59,770 nt of DNA from Pyrinomonadaceae bacterium (GTDB lineage Bacteria; Acidobacteriota; Blastocatellia; Pyrinomonadales; Pyrinomonadaceae): contig JBGTCF010000146.1 of the NCBI GenBank assembly GCA_041748975.1, positions 1-59,770 of the forward strand, given 5' to 3'. The notes beneath the pieces were generated by a model. It made no database searches. It had not been told where the DNA came from and was given only the letters and a program-made list of their open reading frames with translations. The position numbers and the translations under genes were made by a program. Below are positions 29,533 through 40,628 of the stretch, in pieces (positions within the stretch are counted from its first letter, which is position 1; each line of letters begins with the position of its first letter).

Positions 29533-30708
29533 ATGATAATCACCGGTTATTGGAGGGCTATCTCCATTTCCTATCTGATAAGCATCTTTGTATTGCAGGG
29601 GACTATTTGGGCACAACAGCCGACGAAGAGTACAAGCCGGCCATGCAGCCGGGACGCGATTGTTGCTATAGTGCATGAAGAGATGGACGCTACCCTTAAC
29701 GGGGCAACTATTCCTGGAGTCGCGCTTTCTGTTTATATGCCAACGCGGTTTGCTAAACCGATTTCGACTGCTTATGGATGGTCTGACTTCGATCGACGGC
29801 GTCCAATGAAGACATCAGATCGGATGCTCGCCGGAAGCATAGGCAAGACTTTCTATGCTGCAGCAGCCTTAAAATTGGTTGACCTTGGCAAGCTAGATCT
29901 TGACCGGACGATCGTATACTACCTTCCCGAAGGAAATATACCGTCGGCAGAAAAGGTGACAGTCCGAATGCTGCTTTCGCATCGAAGCGGGTATGGCGAA
30001 TACGACGAAACGTTTATGCGGGACCTGATAAGTGACCGAACACGAGTTCGAACCCTTTCCGATTGGGTCGGTCCGATAAGGCGAAAACCTCCAGGCGAAA
30101 CCGGTTCGTTTCGCTACAGTGATATTAATTTTGTTATCCTCGCCCACATCATTGATCGTGTTTCGGGGAGTTCCGCTACCGATTTCATTCGTACTGAGTT
30201 CCTATCCCCATACCGCCTTAATCAGACCTCCGCGTCCGACCGACGGGAGATAGCTGGTTTGATAGCAGGATATGCGGGGCCCGGCAATTTCTTTGGCGGC
30301 GATTCGATGATCGATTCAGGAAAGCTGATATATAATCCTCAATTCGAATCTGGCGGCGGCGGCTATGTTTCCAACGCTACGGATCTTGCTCGTTGGATTA
30401 CCCTCTTTGGAACATCCACTGTTTTTTCACGGTCTCGCTGGATCGAAGCGTCGACTGCAACGAATAAAGATGAAAAGACCGGCAAAGGCTATGGCCTGGG
30501 AATTCATATTGACGATACGCCTGCTGGAATAGCTTATGGCCACAGTGGTTATATCCCTGGCTACATCAGTTGGGCTCGCTGGTACGAGAAGCCCTCCGTC
30601 GCGATCGCCATTCAGACAAATACGAGTGATAACGAACGTTTGAAATGGGACGGGTACGAGATCAGCGACACTATCGCTTTGAAGATTGGAAATCGTTGTA
30701 ACGAGTGA
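29533..30708 (+). CDS. Serine hydrolase (beta-lactamase/PBP4* family)
   Basis: SxxK motif (GSIGKTF), YxN-like region and a C-terminal HSGYIPGY. Confidence 0.75.
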   Translation: MIITGYWRAISISYLISIFVLQGTIWAQQPTKSTSRPCSRDAIVAIVHEEMDATLNGATIPGVALSVYMPTRFAKPISTAYGWSDFDRRRPMKTSDRMLAGSIGKTFYAAAALKLVDLGKLDLDRTIVYYLPEGNIPSAEKVTVRMLLSHRSGYGEYDETFMRDLISDRTRVRTLSDWVGPIRRKPPGETGSFRYSDINFVILAHIIDRVSGSSATDFIRTEFLSPYRLNQTSASDRREIAGLIAGYAGPGNFFGGDSMIDSGKLIYNPQFESGGGGYVSNATDLARWITLFGTSTVFSRSRWIEASTATNKDEKTGKGYGLGIHIDDTPAGIAYGHSGYIPGYISWARWYEKPSVAIAIQTNTSDNERLKWDGYEISDTIALKIGNRCNE

Positions 30709-30741
30709 CGGCAGCTTGTACACGAAATTGTCAAAAACTGT

Positions 30742-31161
30742 ATGCAATTCAATACTGCCATTCTTTTTTTACTTTTCTCCTTTGCTCCTACGTTTGGTCA
30801 GCAAGTGCAAAAAGGTCAAACTCAACCCAACTTCAAAACAGCCCCCGCTCAATCGACGAGCAAAAGTCTCCCTCGTTTTATGAAGGGTTACGAGTTATAC
30901 AGTTGGCAAACTCGCGGCCAGTGGTATTTTTCATTGATTGTTGGGACTAATCGCGAGAAGTCATACCATGAGATTACTTCGCGTAAAGTTCGAGTGAAAG
31001 GAATTGAAAGACTTAAAAAAAGGTTGGACCAATTGCCGAGAGGTGAGGAAATAAATTGGTCAACCCATCGCAAGTGGACAGCGGAGCTGTTGCCGCAAGC
31101 CATCGCTAACGAGATTGTCGCCTACTGCCAGCGGCAAGGATTAATTTTAAGGTTGATTTAG
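30742..31161 (+). CDS. Hypothetical secreted protein
   Basis: 139 aa with a signal-like N-terminus; no motif recognised. Confidence 0.4.
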   Translation: MQFNTAILFLLFSFAPTFGQQVQKGQTQPNFKTAPAQSTSKSLPRFMKGYELYSWQTRGQWYFSLIVGTNREKSYHEITSRKVRVKGIERLKKRLDQLPRGEEINWSTHRKWTAELLPQAIANEIVAYCQRQGLILRLI

Positions 31162-31485
31162 GTGTCGAACCGCGCCGAACAACTTATTGGACATTGGCAC
31201 AAAACAGCGACATCTTAAAGTTGATCTCCCGCTAGAAGCACATATTCAATGTGCGTTTTGCACTGAGCTAGACAGCCGTTGTTGCGGTCATTTTGCTAGC
31301 GATTTGCCAATAGCAAGAATTCATCGGTCCTTGTCAAGAAAAAAGAGTATCTTGTGTAAATTTTAACTGGACAAATAAGGTCGTTGATACGATGATAGGC
31401 TTGAATCGTTTCATTAGCATAATCTAGGTGGTCAAACATTTTTTGGCCGCCTTCCTTTTCAGTAGCACCTGTACAACTTACGGGG

Positions 31486-34400
31486 GTGACTGTAAAAACT
31501 TTTATTATGAGAAAAATGGGTCGTCCGGACTTTTTATCGCGAATATCAAATCGTGCATTACTGATCGTGTTTCTGCTCGGGATGTTTTTTTTGAGTAAGG
31601 ATATCGTTGCCGCAATAGCCACGGAAGTAGTTTCGGGGATGGGGACGGAAAGCGCGTTTATTATGAAAGCTGCAAAGGTCGATATAAGCAGTGGAACGGT
31701 ATCCGACTCGTCGGGCCCGCTAAGCCCGACGACGGTTTTCACTAATGCTACTTCGATCAATATTCCTGATGACGCCGTAAATGGGGCGACCTCGACAATT
31801 GCAGTTTCAGGAATGTCGGGACCGATTTCCTCGCTTAAGGTGACTCTCAATAATCTAACAGTGCCTCGCCCACAAAATATGAATTTCCTCTTACAGGGGC
31901 CGGGCGGTCAGAAATATGTTTTCCTATCCGATGCAGGAGGTCAGAATTCGGGGTCGGCAACTTCGAATGTGACAATGACCTTCGACGATGCCAGCGGGAA
32001 TGTTATACCGCAACTTGTAAATACGCCCTTTACTACGGGTACATTCAGACCTGTTGATTATGATGTGAGTGTTCCATTTCCTACCGTTGCCACACCTTAT
32101 CAAAATGCTGCGCCTTTCGGATCAGCTACATTCGGTTCGGTTTTTGGGGGTTTGTCGGGCGCAAGCGTCAATGGCAATTGGATACTGCATATGTTCGATG
32201 ATGCAGCTACGTTAGTGGGGCCTAATACTCTTGCAGGCGGATGGTCTCTGGATATTGTCACAACACCAGCGGCGGCACCGACGACGACGGTTCTGTCTTC
32301 TTCAATTAATCCGTCATTTACCAATCAGGCAATCAATCTGACCGCAACCGTAAGCAGCAGCACGACGGTCAATACAGGGTTGGTTAATTTTGTTGATAAT
32401 ACGACCAGCACAACTCTATGCGGCAGCATTGCTGTCAACGGAAGCGGCGTTGCAACTTGTAATGTTCCAGCCAATACGCTGACGGAGCGAATTCATCAGA
32501 TCACGGCGACGTATGTCGGAAACCCGACGTTTGCGACCAGCAACAGTAGTATCAATCAGGAAGTAAACAATCCTACGCAAATTTCCGGCACGATGTTTAC
32601 TAATCCAGGCACGATCGTCGTCAGCGATACGAGCGGAGTTCTGAGTGTGCCGTATCCCTCGAACATCTTTGTTTCCGGATTGAGCGGAACGATCTCCAAA
32701 GTCACGGTGTCGCTGTTAGGCACAAATATTCCTGAGACCGGCGATCTCGACTTTTTACTGGTAGGACCCGGTGGACAAAGATATGTATTCTGGTCTGACG
32801 CGGGCGGCGGCGCTTCGCCTTCGACCGGAACATTTATACTTGACGATACGGCGGCAACCCAACTTCCTTCGAGCGGTTCGATCGTCGCCGGAACTTACCG
32901 ACCGACAGATTACATTGTCGAATCAGATGTTTTCCCCGCGCCAGCGCCAGCCGGACCTTACAGCACCGCATCACCGACCGGCGGATCAACTTTTGCATCG
33001 GTTTTCGGCGGCGCGGCACCGAACGGAAAGTGGAGTTTATATGCTACGGACGATGCCGGAAGCGCCGGACTTACTTCGAGCATTAACGGTTGGAGCTTGA
33101 CGTTCACAACGAGCGGCGATGCGCCGACAACCACTGTTTTGACATCAACTCCGAATCCGTCGACCACGGCGCAAGCCATTTTATTTACTGCGAACGTCAC
33201 CAGCACGAGTACCGTAAACTCAGGATCGGTTACCTTCCGTCGCGGTGCAACAATTTTATGTAATGCCGTTCCGGTCAATGGAAGCGGTGTGGCGACATGC
33301 AACGTAACGGCAGGCACAATACCGCAGGGCACACACGTCATTACGGCGGATTACAACGGCTCGCCGGGACAATTTAATATCAGTAACGGCACGACCACGC
33401 AGCAGGTTAACAGTCCGACGGTGGTGACGTGTCTTAATTTCGCTAATAACGGCGGCCTCACGGTCTCCAACGCGACCACACTCGGAAATCCGTACCCGTC
33501 GAATATCATCGTATCGGGTTTGACCGGCACGATCTCAAAAGTTACGTTGACAATGAATATCGGCAGCGCGCTGACTCCAGACCACAATGACCTTCTGCTC
33601 GTTGGGCCTGGCGGTCAGACATTCCTCTTTATGGGAGACGCGGGCGGCAATTTCGACATTATCAATCAGACCATTACGCTCGATGACGCGGCGGCAACGG
33701 CGCTACCTGACAACGCCCTGATAACCAGCGGAACATATCGTCCGGGTTCTTATACGGGCGATCCCGATGTCTTCCCGGCCCCAGCTCCCGCAGCACCTTA
33801 TAATCCGGCGGCCCCCGAAGGCGCGGGAACGTTTGCAATGTTTAACGGCATCAGCCCGAACGGAACGTGGCAGCTTTTCGCGGTTGAGGACGCCGGCGAC
33901 GCGGCGGACACCATCATTAACAACTGGAGCCTGACGTTTACGCTTGCTCCGACGGCGACGACGACTGCTGTTACTTCGTCGGTTGATCCTGCGGTTTTCG
34001 GGCAGCCCGTCACATTTACAGCGACGGTTGCGACTGGTGGTTTCGGAACTCCGACAGGAAACGTCCAATTCTTTGACGGAGCAACACCCATCGGCGGTCC
34101 GGTAGTATTGAATGGTTCGGGCGTAGCATCATTGGTTGTTTCCAATCTTTCGGCTGGAAATCACACGATTTCCGCGCAGTATTCGGGAGCAGCAACCGCA
34201 TGTGACGTCTCTTTTGTTCCCAGCACGGGAAGCATGATAGGCAATCCGCAAGTTGTGAACAAAGCCAGCACAACCACAACGATTACGGGCCAGTCGGCTG
34301 ACCCGACCGATCCAGGAGAGTCTTTCACAGTTTTTTATACTGTTGACGTCAATTCACCCGGAGCGGGGACGCCAACCGGCAATGTCACAGTTTCGGACGG

Positions 34401-37400
34401 CGTAAATAACTGCGTGGGGACTGTCGCTGCGGGACAATGCAGTTTGGCTCTGAACACTTCCGGGGCCCGCACTTTGACGGCGACTTATGGAAACGACGCG
34501 AACTTTATCGGCAGCATATCGGCCGGGGTATCTCATACAGTAACGCAGCCTGATACGGATCCGCCGGACACGACGATCACCGCAAATCCAACTGATCCGA
34601 GCGGACCGAACGTCAGCTTTAGCTTCACCGGTACAGATGCTGGAAGCGGTATTGCCTCTTTTGAATGCGATTTGGATGGCGGCGGATTTTCTGCTTGCAC
34701 AAGTTCTAAGTCATATACTAGCTTGACTCAGGGAAGCCATACTTTCATGGTTCGGACGATTGATAATGCGAACAACGTTGATTCGACTCCCGCCTCTTTC
34801 AGTTGGAGTGTCGATGCGACTCCGCCTGCCACGACCATTGACACTAGCCCGTCTGATCCTTCAAATAGTGCAAATGCGAGCTTTACCTTTAGCGGAACCG
34901 ACACTGGCGGTAGCACTGTCGCTTCGTTTGAATGCCAACTCGACGGCGGCGGCTTTTCTGCCTGCACCGCTCCGCAGAATTATACGGGTTTGAGTGACGG
35001 CAGTCATGTCTTCGAGGTCAGAGCGATTGATGGCGTGGGTAATGTAGATGCTACACCTGCTTCATATACGTGGTTAGTGGATATGATCGCGCCTGATACG
35101 ACGATCACAGCCAACCCGACTGATCCATCCAACAGCAGTTCGGCTTCCTTCAGCTTTACCGGAAGTGACATCGGAGGCTCAGGTGTTGCTTCATTCGAAT
35201 GCGATCTGGACGGCCAAGGTTTTGCTGCCTGCACGACAGGGCAAACTTTCAACAGTCTTTCGGAGGGCTCTCACACCTTTATGGTGCGTGCGATTGATAA
35301 TGCCGGTAACACTGACGCGACTCCGGCTTCCTACACATGGGTAGTGGATACGGTCCCGCCCGACACGACGATCGACAGCAACCCCGCGGATCCGACCAAC
35401 AACAATTCGGCTATTTTCACTTTCAGCGGAACTGATACCGGCGGAACGGGCGTTGCGTCTTTCGAATGCAAACTCGATGTCGGCAGTTTTGCGGTCTGCA
35501 CGTCGCCGCAGAACTTCGCCGGGTTGACCGACGGCAGTCATACATTCCAAGTGCGCGCTATCGACGGTGCCGGAAACGTCGATCCGACACCGGCAAGCTC
35601 CACTTGGATGATCGACACGACACCGCCTGCCGCACCTGTTGTCCTCTCGCCGCCGAATAATTCGGCAACGAGCGACTCCACCCCCACCATTACCGGCACG
35701 GCGGAGGCAAATAGTACCCTCACCATTTTCATCGACGGTTCCTCGGCGGGGACGACTACCGCAGACGGTAGTGGTAACTGGGCGTTTACTGCAGCGATCT
35801 TAAGCGAAGGCTCACATACGGTTAGAGCACGAGCAACTGATGCTGTTGGTAATACAAGCTTCGATTCGAACACTAACACGTTTACGGTCGACACTGTCCA
35901 TCCAACAGTAATAAGTACAACCCCTGTCCAGGGAGCGGTCGGCGTCGATCGTAACGGCAATATCACGCTCAACTTCTCGGAGACTGTAAATATCGCGGCT
36001 GCCGGAATTATCCTGAATTGCGGCTCTGCCGAGGCATTCTCACCGACGCTCCCGCAGAACGGAGTTAATTCTATTGTCATTAATCCCGACAACCCGCTTC
36101 CCTCGGGTGCTGTTTGCACCGTGACAGGCGTATCTACGAATATTGCCGACGCTGCTGGCAACCAGCTCGATGGGGACAGCAATGGCTCGGCCGGACCAAA
36201 CTTCGTGTTGACCTTCACGGTGTGCACTGTCGATCCAGTCGTAACAACCAATGCCGACAGTGGGTTGGGAACCCTGCGCGAGGCGGTGCAGATCGCCTGT
36301 GAGGGCAGCACGATCACGTTCGATATGAATACGGTGGTGAGCCCGATCGGGCTTAGCTCGGGTCAAGTTGTGATCGATAAGAACCTGACCATTCAGGGTC
36401 CGGGGGCTGATGTGCTGACAGTTGAGAACACGGCAGCACCGAGTCCGACAAGCCGGATCTTCATAGTGAACAGTGGGGTAACGGCAAGCATCTCCGGTAT
36501 GACCGTCACGGGCGGCAATACGACGACCTCCGACGGAGGGGGCATCAGCAACTTGGGTACGCTGACGCTTTTGAATATGGTGATCGCCGATAATGATGCC
36601 GGTGCTACCAATGCCAATGGCGGAGGAGGTATAGCCAATCAGGGTACGCTGACGCTCACATCGAGCACGATAAGCGGCAACACCGCGATGGGAGGCGGAG
36701 GCGGGCTCCTGATGGTCAACGGCGGCACGGTTAACATAACCGGAAGCACGTTCAGCGGAAATACATCATCGGGCGGCGGAGCGATCCTATCACAGGCGAT
36801 CGATACGGCTGCGAATATAACCATCACGAATTCGACGATCAGCGGCAACACAGCGACGCCGTGTCCGGGATTGTGGAACCTGGGAGCGATGGCGACGGCC
36901 ACATTGACGTCGAATACGATCACCGACAACACTGGTACCGGCGGAGGGGTCTGTGCGGCAGGACCGACGACGATCCGAAATACGATCGTGGCGGCTAATG
37001 TAAACAACGCGACCGAACCGGATGTCAGCGGTGCGTTCACCTCGCAAGGATATAACCTGATCGGGAATGTCGGAACGGCAACGGGCTTTACGGCGACCGG
37101 TGACCAGACGGGCACGGGAGGTGCAGGAGTCCTAAATCCGCAGCTCGGTTCATTACAGAACAACGGCGGGCCGACGGAGACTCATGCTTTGGCACCAACA
37201 TCACCCGCGGTCGATAAAGGCTCGGCATTCGGGCTGACGAGGGACCAGAGAGGATCGGTGAGGCCGTTCGATATTTCGGGGATAGCGCCGGCGACTGGCG
37301 GCGACAACTCCGACATCGGAGCATACGAGCTGAACACGGTGCCGACAACTACAACGCTTACATCGAGCGGAAGCCCGTCGGTATTTGGGCAGACGGTGAC

Positions 37401-40400
37401 GTTCACGGCGACGGTTGCGACCGATCCGGCGAGTGCGACGGTGGTGACGGGGAACGTGGATTTCTCTGACAACGGCAGCCCGATCGCGAGCTGTCAGAAC
37501 GTGGCACTCGTATCTAACCAGGCACAATGCGTGATCTCGACTCTCTCGGTGGGGCCGCACACGATCCTCGCGGAGTTCGACGAGAACCTTCCGTTTCTTG
37601 CAAGCTCGGAAACCATCCCACACCAGGTCAATAAGGCCGATACGACGACGACTGTAGGTTCGTCAGCGAACCCGTCGGTGTTCGGCCAGAGCGTGACATT
37701 CACGGCGACGGTTGCGGCCGCGCCACCGGGAGGGGGAGTTCCGACGGGAACGGCAACTTTCACGATAGACGGTAATCCAACTTGTGTGAACGTAGCTCTG
37801 GACGGCGCGGGCCAGGCGACATGCACGCCTGCCGGGCCGCTCTCGGTTGGCAATCATCCGGTTTCGGTCTCATACAGCGGCGGCACGAATCATAATGCAA
37901 GCTCGGGCTCACTCGCGGGCGGCCAGACGGTGAACAAGGCCGACACGGCAATCCAGATCACGGGCGACACACCGGATCCGACGCTTGTAGGCGAGCCTTA
38001 CACGGTGACGTGGAATGTTTCGATCGTGCCTCCGGGTGCGGGAACGCTGACAGGAACGGTAACGGTAACTGACGGGACGGACAGCTGTACTGCACCTGTG
38101 GCGGTCGGATTCTGCACGCTAACGTCGACGACTGTGGGAGTAAAGGACCTCGTTGCCACATACTCAGGCGACGGGAACTTCAACGCGAGCACATCGGCCG
38201 CGGTTCAGCATACATCAGCGATAAGGATCTCGGGGACGATAAGACAAGCACCGGCGATGACCCCGCTACCCGGGGCGACGGTTAATCTGTTCCGGCACCC
38301 GGATGACAGCCCGATGATGTCGACGATCTCTGATTCCAATGGGAACTATCAGTTCGTGGGGCCCTTCACGGGCACGTATACGGTAACGGTGGCAGGTCCG
38401 ATACCCGGAAAATTCTATGATCCGACCTCTCGGACCTTCGCTAATGTGGGAACAGAGCACATCTCCGGAGTGGACTTCATTGCCTACGATTCGATCACCG
38501 AGGCTCCCCGCAAGCTGAAAGTGGTCTCGCAGTCGGCTCTGCCTGGAGATTTAGTGCAAATGCCGATCGTTCTGACCGCCCTGGGGAACGAGACCGAATT
38601 ATCCTTCTTTATCGAATACAACCCGGCAATATACAGCGGCGTTCCCCTGGTAGAGTGCGGTACGGACGCGGGCGTAAGCTGCGGGCTGACCATCGTGCAG
38701 GGGTCGGGAAATGTAGGTATCACGGTGACCCCGCAGGCGGGGACGTTCGCGGCCGGTGAGAGGGAGGTGGTCAGACTTACCTTCCAGACCAAGCTGAGTG
38801 CGAGCGGGAGTACGCCGATCACGATCCGCCACCTTCCGGGAACTCCGCTGGTACCGGGAACTCCGCTTATCAAGGACGCTCTGAACGACCCGCTGCTGGT
38901 AGATGTGATAGACGGAGCGATCTTCTTCCAGAATACTCCGCCGCCCCCTAACTACAGGAATGTGGCATTGGCGGCTAACGGGGGTGTGGCCTCGGCCTCG
39001 ACCGAGCTGAGCCCTGCGGCTACGGCGAACGACGGGGTGAGGAGCTGGGCCGTGACGGGAGCCTGGAAGGATAGTACGCCGGATGCCTTCCCAGATTGGC
39101 TTCAGATCGACTTCAACGGATCGAAGTCCATCGACCAGATAAAGGTGATAGGGGTAAGGGACGACTATCTCACCGTAGCTGATCCGACACCAGGCATGAC
39201 TTCGACTCTATATACGAACGTCGACTTTGACGTGCAGTATTGGACGGGGTCGACATGGGCCAACGTTCCCGGCGGAGGCATCACGGGTAACAATTTGGTG
39301 ATCAGAAGGCTGTTGTTTTCGCCGGTCACAACCTCTCGTATCCGTGTCAGCGTCAACCACTCCCTTCAGAGCTACAGCCGAATAGTCGAGCTGGAAGCCT
39401 ATGGCGTAGATGCGGGCGCCTCGACGCCTACCCCTACGGCAACACCGACGGCGACTCCGACGGCGACGCCAACCGCGACACCGACGGCCACACCGACAGC
39501 AACGCCGACGGCGACTCCAACATCGACACCGACGGCAACGCCGACCGCTACCCCACCGGTGACCCCGCGTGTCAATTACGCGCTGGCGTCGAGTGGAGGC
39601 ATCGCGACGGGATCGACAGAGCTAGGCCCCGCGTCCAATGCGAACAACGGGTTCCGTAATTGGGCCCAGGGTAATGCATGGAAAGATAATACTCCGAGCG
39701 CGTTTCCGGACACGCTTACGGTGGAATTCAACGGTACTAAGACCATAGACGAGATATCGATCTTTGCCGTGAGGGACGATTTCACAAATACACAGGACCC
39801 CGACCTGACAACGACCACTACTCAATATTCGCTGATCGATTTCGATGTCGAGTATTGGAACGGTTCGGCTTGGGTACCCGCGACCGGCGGTATGGTGCGT
39901 GGAAACAATAAGGCTTGGGTGCAGCTCACCTTCGGGTCAATCGCAACGACGCGGATAAGGGTGGTTGTGCTTAATGCCGCCTTGGACGGCTTTAGCAGAA
40001 TCGTCGAACTGGAAGCATGGGGCGGCGGAGCGGGTCCGTCTCCGACGCCGACTGCGACGCCTGTCGTGCGTACCAATCATGCACGGGCCGTCAATGGCGG
40101 AACCGCGGTCGGCTCTACCGAACTCAACCCGGCGGCAAACGCCATCGACGGCAGCCGAGTCTGGGCCGCCGGCGGTGCATGGAAGGACGCAAACCCATTC
40201 GGCTATCCGGACGACCTTCAGGTGAATTTCAACAACGTGAAGACGATCGATGAGATATCAGTATACATGGTGCTTGACGACTTTATGAGCACGACGACGC
40301 CCACCACAGCGACCGCTGCCAGTTTGTATTTGAATACTAACTTCGACATACAGTACTGGGACGGTGCGAACTGGGTGACGGTTACAGGCGGAACTGTGAC

Positions 40401-40542
40401 AGGGAACGATAAGGCCCTGGTCACGCGGATTTTCGCCCCGATCTCGACCTCACGAATACGAGTCGTAGTGCACTTGGGGGCTCCGGATGGTTATAGCCGA
40501 ATAGTCGAACTCGAAGCGTGGGGGAATGGGCCTCCGTCATGA
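31486..40542 (+). CDS. Giant (about 3018 aa) mosaic cell-surface protein
   Basis: One uninterrupted ORF. Modules in order: 3 proprotein-convertase P-domain-like modules (..LLVGPGGQ.YVF.SDAGG..), Ig-like repeats, 4 tandem ~90-aa repeats, an SbsA/Big_5-like domain, a right-handed beta-helix (..DSGLGTLREAV.., approx 36220..37330), more Ig-like repeats, CarboxypepD_reg, a cohesin-like module, and 3 discoidin (F5/8 type C)-like modules joined by PT linkers. The start codon is uncertain (GTG 31486, ATG 31507 or 31516). Confidence 0.85.
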   Translation: MTVKTFIMRKMGRPDFLSRISNRALLIVFLLGMFFLSKDIVAAIATEVVSGMGTESAFIMKAAKVDISSGTVSDSSGPLSPTTVFTNATSINIPDDAVNGATSTIAVSGMSGPISSLKVTLNNLTVPRPQNMNFLLQGPGGQKYVFLSDAGGQNSGSATSNVTMTFDDASGNVIPQLVNTPFTTGTFRPVDYDVSVPFPTVATPYQNAAPFGSATFGSVFGGLSGASVNGNWILHMFDDAATLVGPNTLAGGWSLDIVTTPAAAPTTTVLSSSINPSFTNQAINLTATVSSSTTVNTGLVNFVDNTTSTTLCGSIAVNGSGVATCNVPANTLTERIHQITATYVGNPTFATSNSSINQEVNNPTQISGTMFTNPGTIVVSDTSGVLSVPYPSNIFVSGLSGTISKVTVSLLGTNIPETGDLDFLLVGPGGQRYVFWSDAGGGASPSTGTFILDDTAATQLPSSGSIVAGTYRPTDYIVESDVFPAPAPAGPYSTASPTGGSTFASVFGGAAPNGKWSLYATDDAGSAGLTSSINGWSLTFTTSGDAPTTTVLTSTPNPSTTAQAILFTANVTSTSTVNSGSVTFRRGATILCNAVPVNGSGVATCNVTAGTIPQGTHVITADYNGSPGQFNISNGTTTQQVNSPTVVTCLNFANNGGLTVSNATTLGNPYPSNIIVSGLTGTISKVTLTMNIGSALTPDHNDLLLVGPGGQTFLFMGDAGGNFDIINQTITLDDAAATALPDNALITSGTYRPGSYTGDPDVFPAPAPAAPYNPAAPEGAGTFAMFNGISPNGTWQLFAVEDAGDAADTIINNWSLTFTLAPTATTTAVTSSVDPAVFGQPVTFTATVATGGFGTPTGNVQFFDGATPIGGPVVLNGSGVASLVVSNLSAGNHTISAQYSGAATACDVSFVPSTGSMIGNPQVVNKASTTTTITGQSADPTDPGESFTVFYTVDVNSPGAGTPTGNVTVSDGVNNCVGTVAAGQCSLALNTSGARTLTATYGNDANFIGSISAGVSHTVTQPDTDPPDTTITANPTDPSGPNVSFSFTGTDAGSGIASFECDLDGGGFSACTSSKSYTSLTQGSHTFMVRTIDNANNVDSTPASFSWSVDATPPATTIDTSPSDPSNSANASFTFSGTDTGGSTVASFECQLDGGGFSACTAPQNYTGLSDGSHVFEVRAIDGVGNVDATPASYTWLVDMIAPDTTITANPTDPSNSSSASFSFTGSDIGGSGVASFECDLDGQGFAACTTGQTFNSLSEGSHTFMVRAIDNAGNTDATPASYTWVVDTVPPDTTIDSNPADPTNNNSAIFTFSGTDTGGTGVASFECKLDVGSFAVCTSPQNFAGLTDGSHTFQVRAIDGAGNVDPTPASSTWMIDTTPPAAPVVLSPPNNSATSDSTPTITGTAEANSTLTIFIDGSSAGTTTADGSGNWAFTAAILSEGSHTVRARATDAVGNTSFDSNTNTFTVDTVHPTVISTTPVQGAVGVDRNGNITLNFSETVNIAAAGIILNCGSAEAFSPTLPQNGVNSIVINPDNPLPSGAVCTVTGVSTNIADAAGNQLDGDSNGSAGPNFVLTFTVCTVDPVVTTNADSGLGTLREAVQIACEGSTITFDMNTVVSPIGLSSGQVVIDKNLTIQGPGADVLTVENTAAPSPTSRIFIVNSGVTASISGMTVTGGNTTTSDGGGISNLGTLTLLNMVIADNDAGATNANGGGGIANQGTLTLTSSTISGNTAMGGGGGLLMVNGGTVNITGSTFSGNTSSGGGAILSQAIDTAANITITNSTISGNTATPCPGLWNLGAMATATLTSNTITDNTGTGGGVCAAGPTTIRNTIVAANVNNATEPDVSGAFTSQGYNLIGNVGTATGFTATGDQTGTGGAGVLNPQLGSLQNNGGPTETHALAPTSPAVDKGSAFGLTRDQRGSVRPFDISGIAPATGGDNSDIGAYELNTVPTTTTLTSSGSPSVFGQTVTFTATVATDPASATVVTGNVDFSDNGSPIASCQNVALVSNQAQCVISTLSVGPHTILAEFDENLPFLASSETIPHQVNKADTTTTVGSSANPSVFGQSVTFTATVAAAPPGGGVPTGTATFTIDGNPTCVNVALDGAGQATCTPAGPLSVGNHPVSVSYSGGTNHNASSGSLAGGQTVNKADTAIQITGDTPDPTLVGEPYTVTWNVSIVPPGAGTLTGTVTVTDGTDSCTAPVAVGFCTLTSTTVGVKDLVATYSGDGNFNASTSAAVQHTSAIRISGTIRQAPAMTPLPGATVNLFRHPDDSPMMSTISDSNGNYQFVGPFTGTYTVTVAGPIPGKFYDPTSRTFANVGTEHISGVDFIAYDSITEAPRKLKVVSQSALPGDLVQMPIVLTALGNETELSFFIEYNPAIYSGVPLVECGTDAGVSCGLTIVQGSGNVGITVTPQAGTFAAGEREVVRLTFQTKLSASGSTPITIRHLPGTPLVPGTPLIKDALNDPLLVDVIDGAIFFQNTPPPPNYRNVALAANGGVASASTELSPAATANDGVRSWAVTGAWKDSTPDAFPDWLQIDFNGSKSIDQIKVIGVRDDYLTVADPTPGMTSTLYTNVDFDVQYWTGSTWANVPGGGITGNNLVIRRLLFSPVTTSRIRVSVNHSLQSYSRIVELEAYGVDAGASTPTPTATPTATPTATPTATPTATPTATPTATPTSTPTATPTATPPVTPRVNYALASSGGIATGSTELGPASNANNGFRNWAQGNAWKDNTPSAFPDTLTVEFNGTKTIDEISIFAVRDDFTNTQDPDLTTTTTQYSLIDFDVEYWNGSAWVPATGGMVRGNNKAWVQLTFGSIATTRIRVVVLNAALDGFSRIVELEAWGGGAGPSPTPTATPVVRTNHARAVNGGTAVGSTELNPAANAIDGSRVWAAGGAWKDANPFGYPDDLQVNFNNVKTIDEISVYMVLDDFMSTTTPTTATAASLYLNTNFDIQYWDGANWVTVTGGTVTGNDKALVTRIFAPISTSRIRVVVHLGAPDGYSRIVELEAWGNGPPS
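34552..35625 (+). repeat. Four tandem ~270-bp (about 90 aa) coding repeats inside the giant gene (approximate bounds)
   Basis: Repeated unit DTTI..NP.DPSN....F.F.G.D.GG.G.ASFEC.LDGGGF..CT....Y..L..GSHTF.VRAID..GN.D.TPAS..W.VD. Confidence 0.85.
39421..39566 (+). repeat. Imperfect 12-bp tandem repeat encoding a (PTAT)n linker
   Basis: Translates to TPTPTATPTATPTATPTATPTATPTATPTATPTSTPTATPTATPP. Confidence 0.9.
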
Positions 40543-40628
40543 TCCATCTAATAAAGACCTGATCATTCAACGAACGAGGGACGGCCCCGCGGGCGAGACC
40601 AGGATCGCGCAGGGCGGCAGCATCTCGG

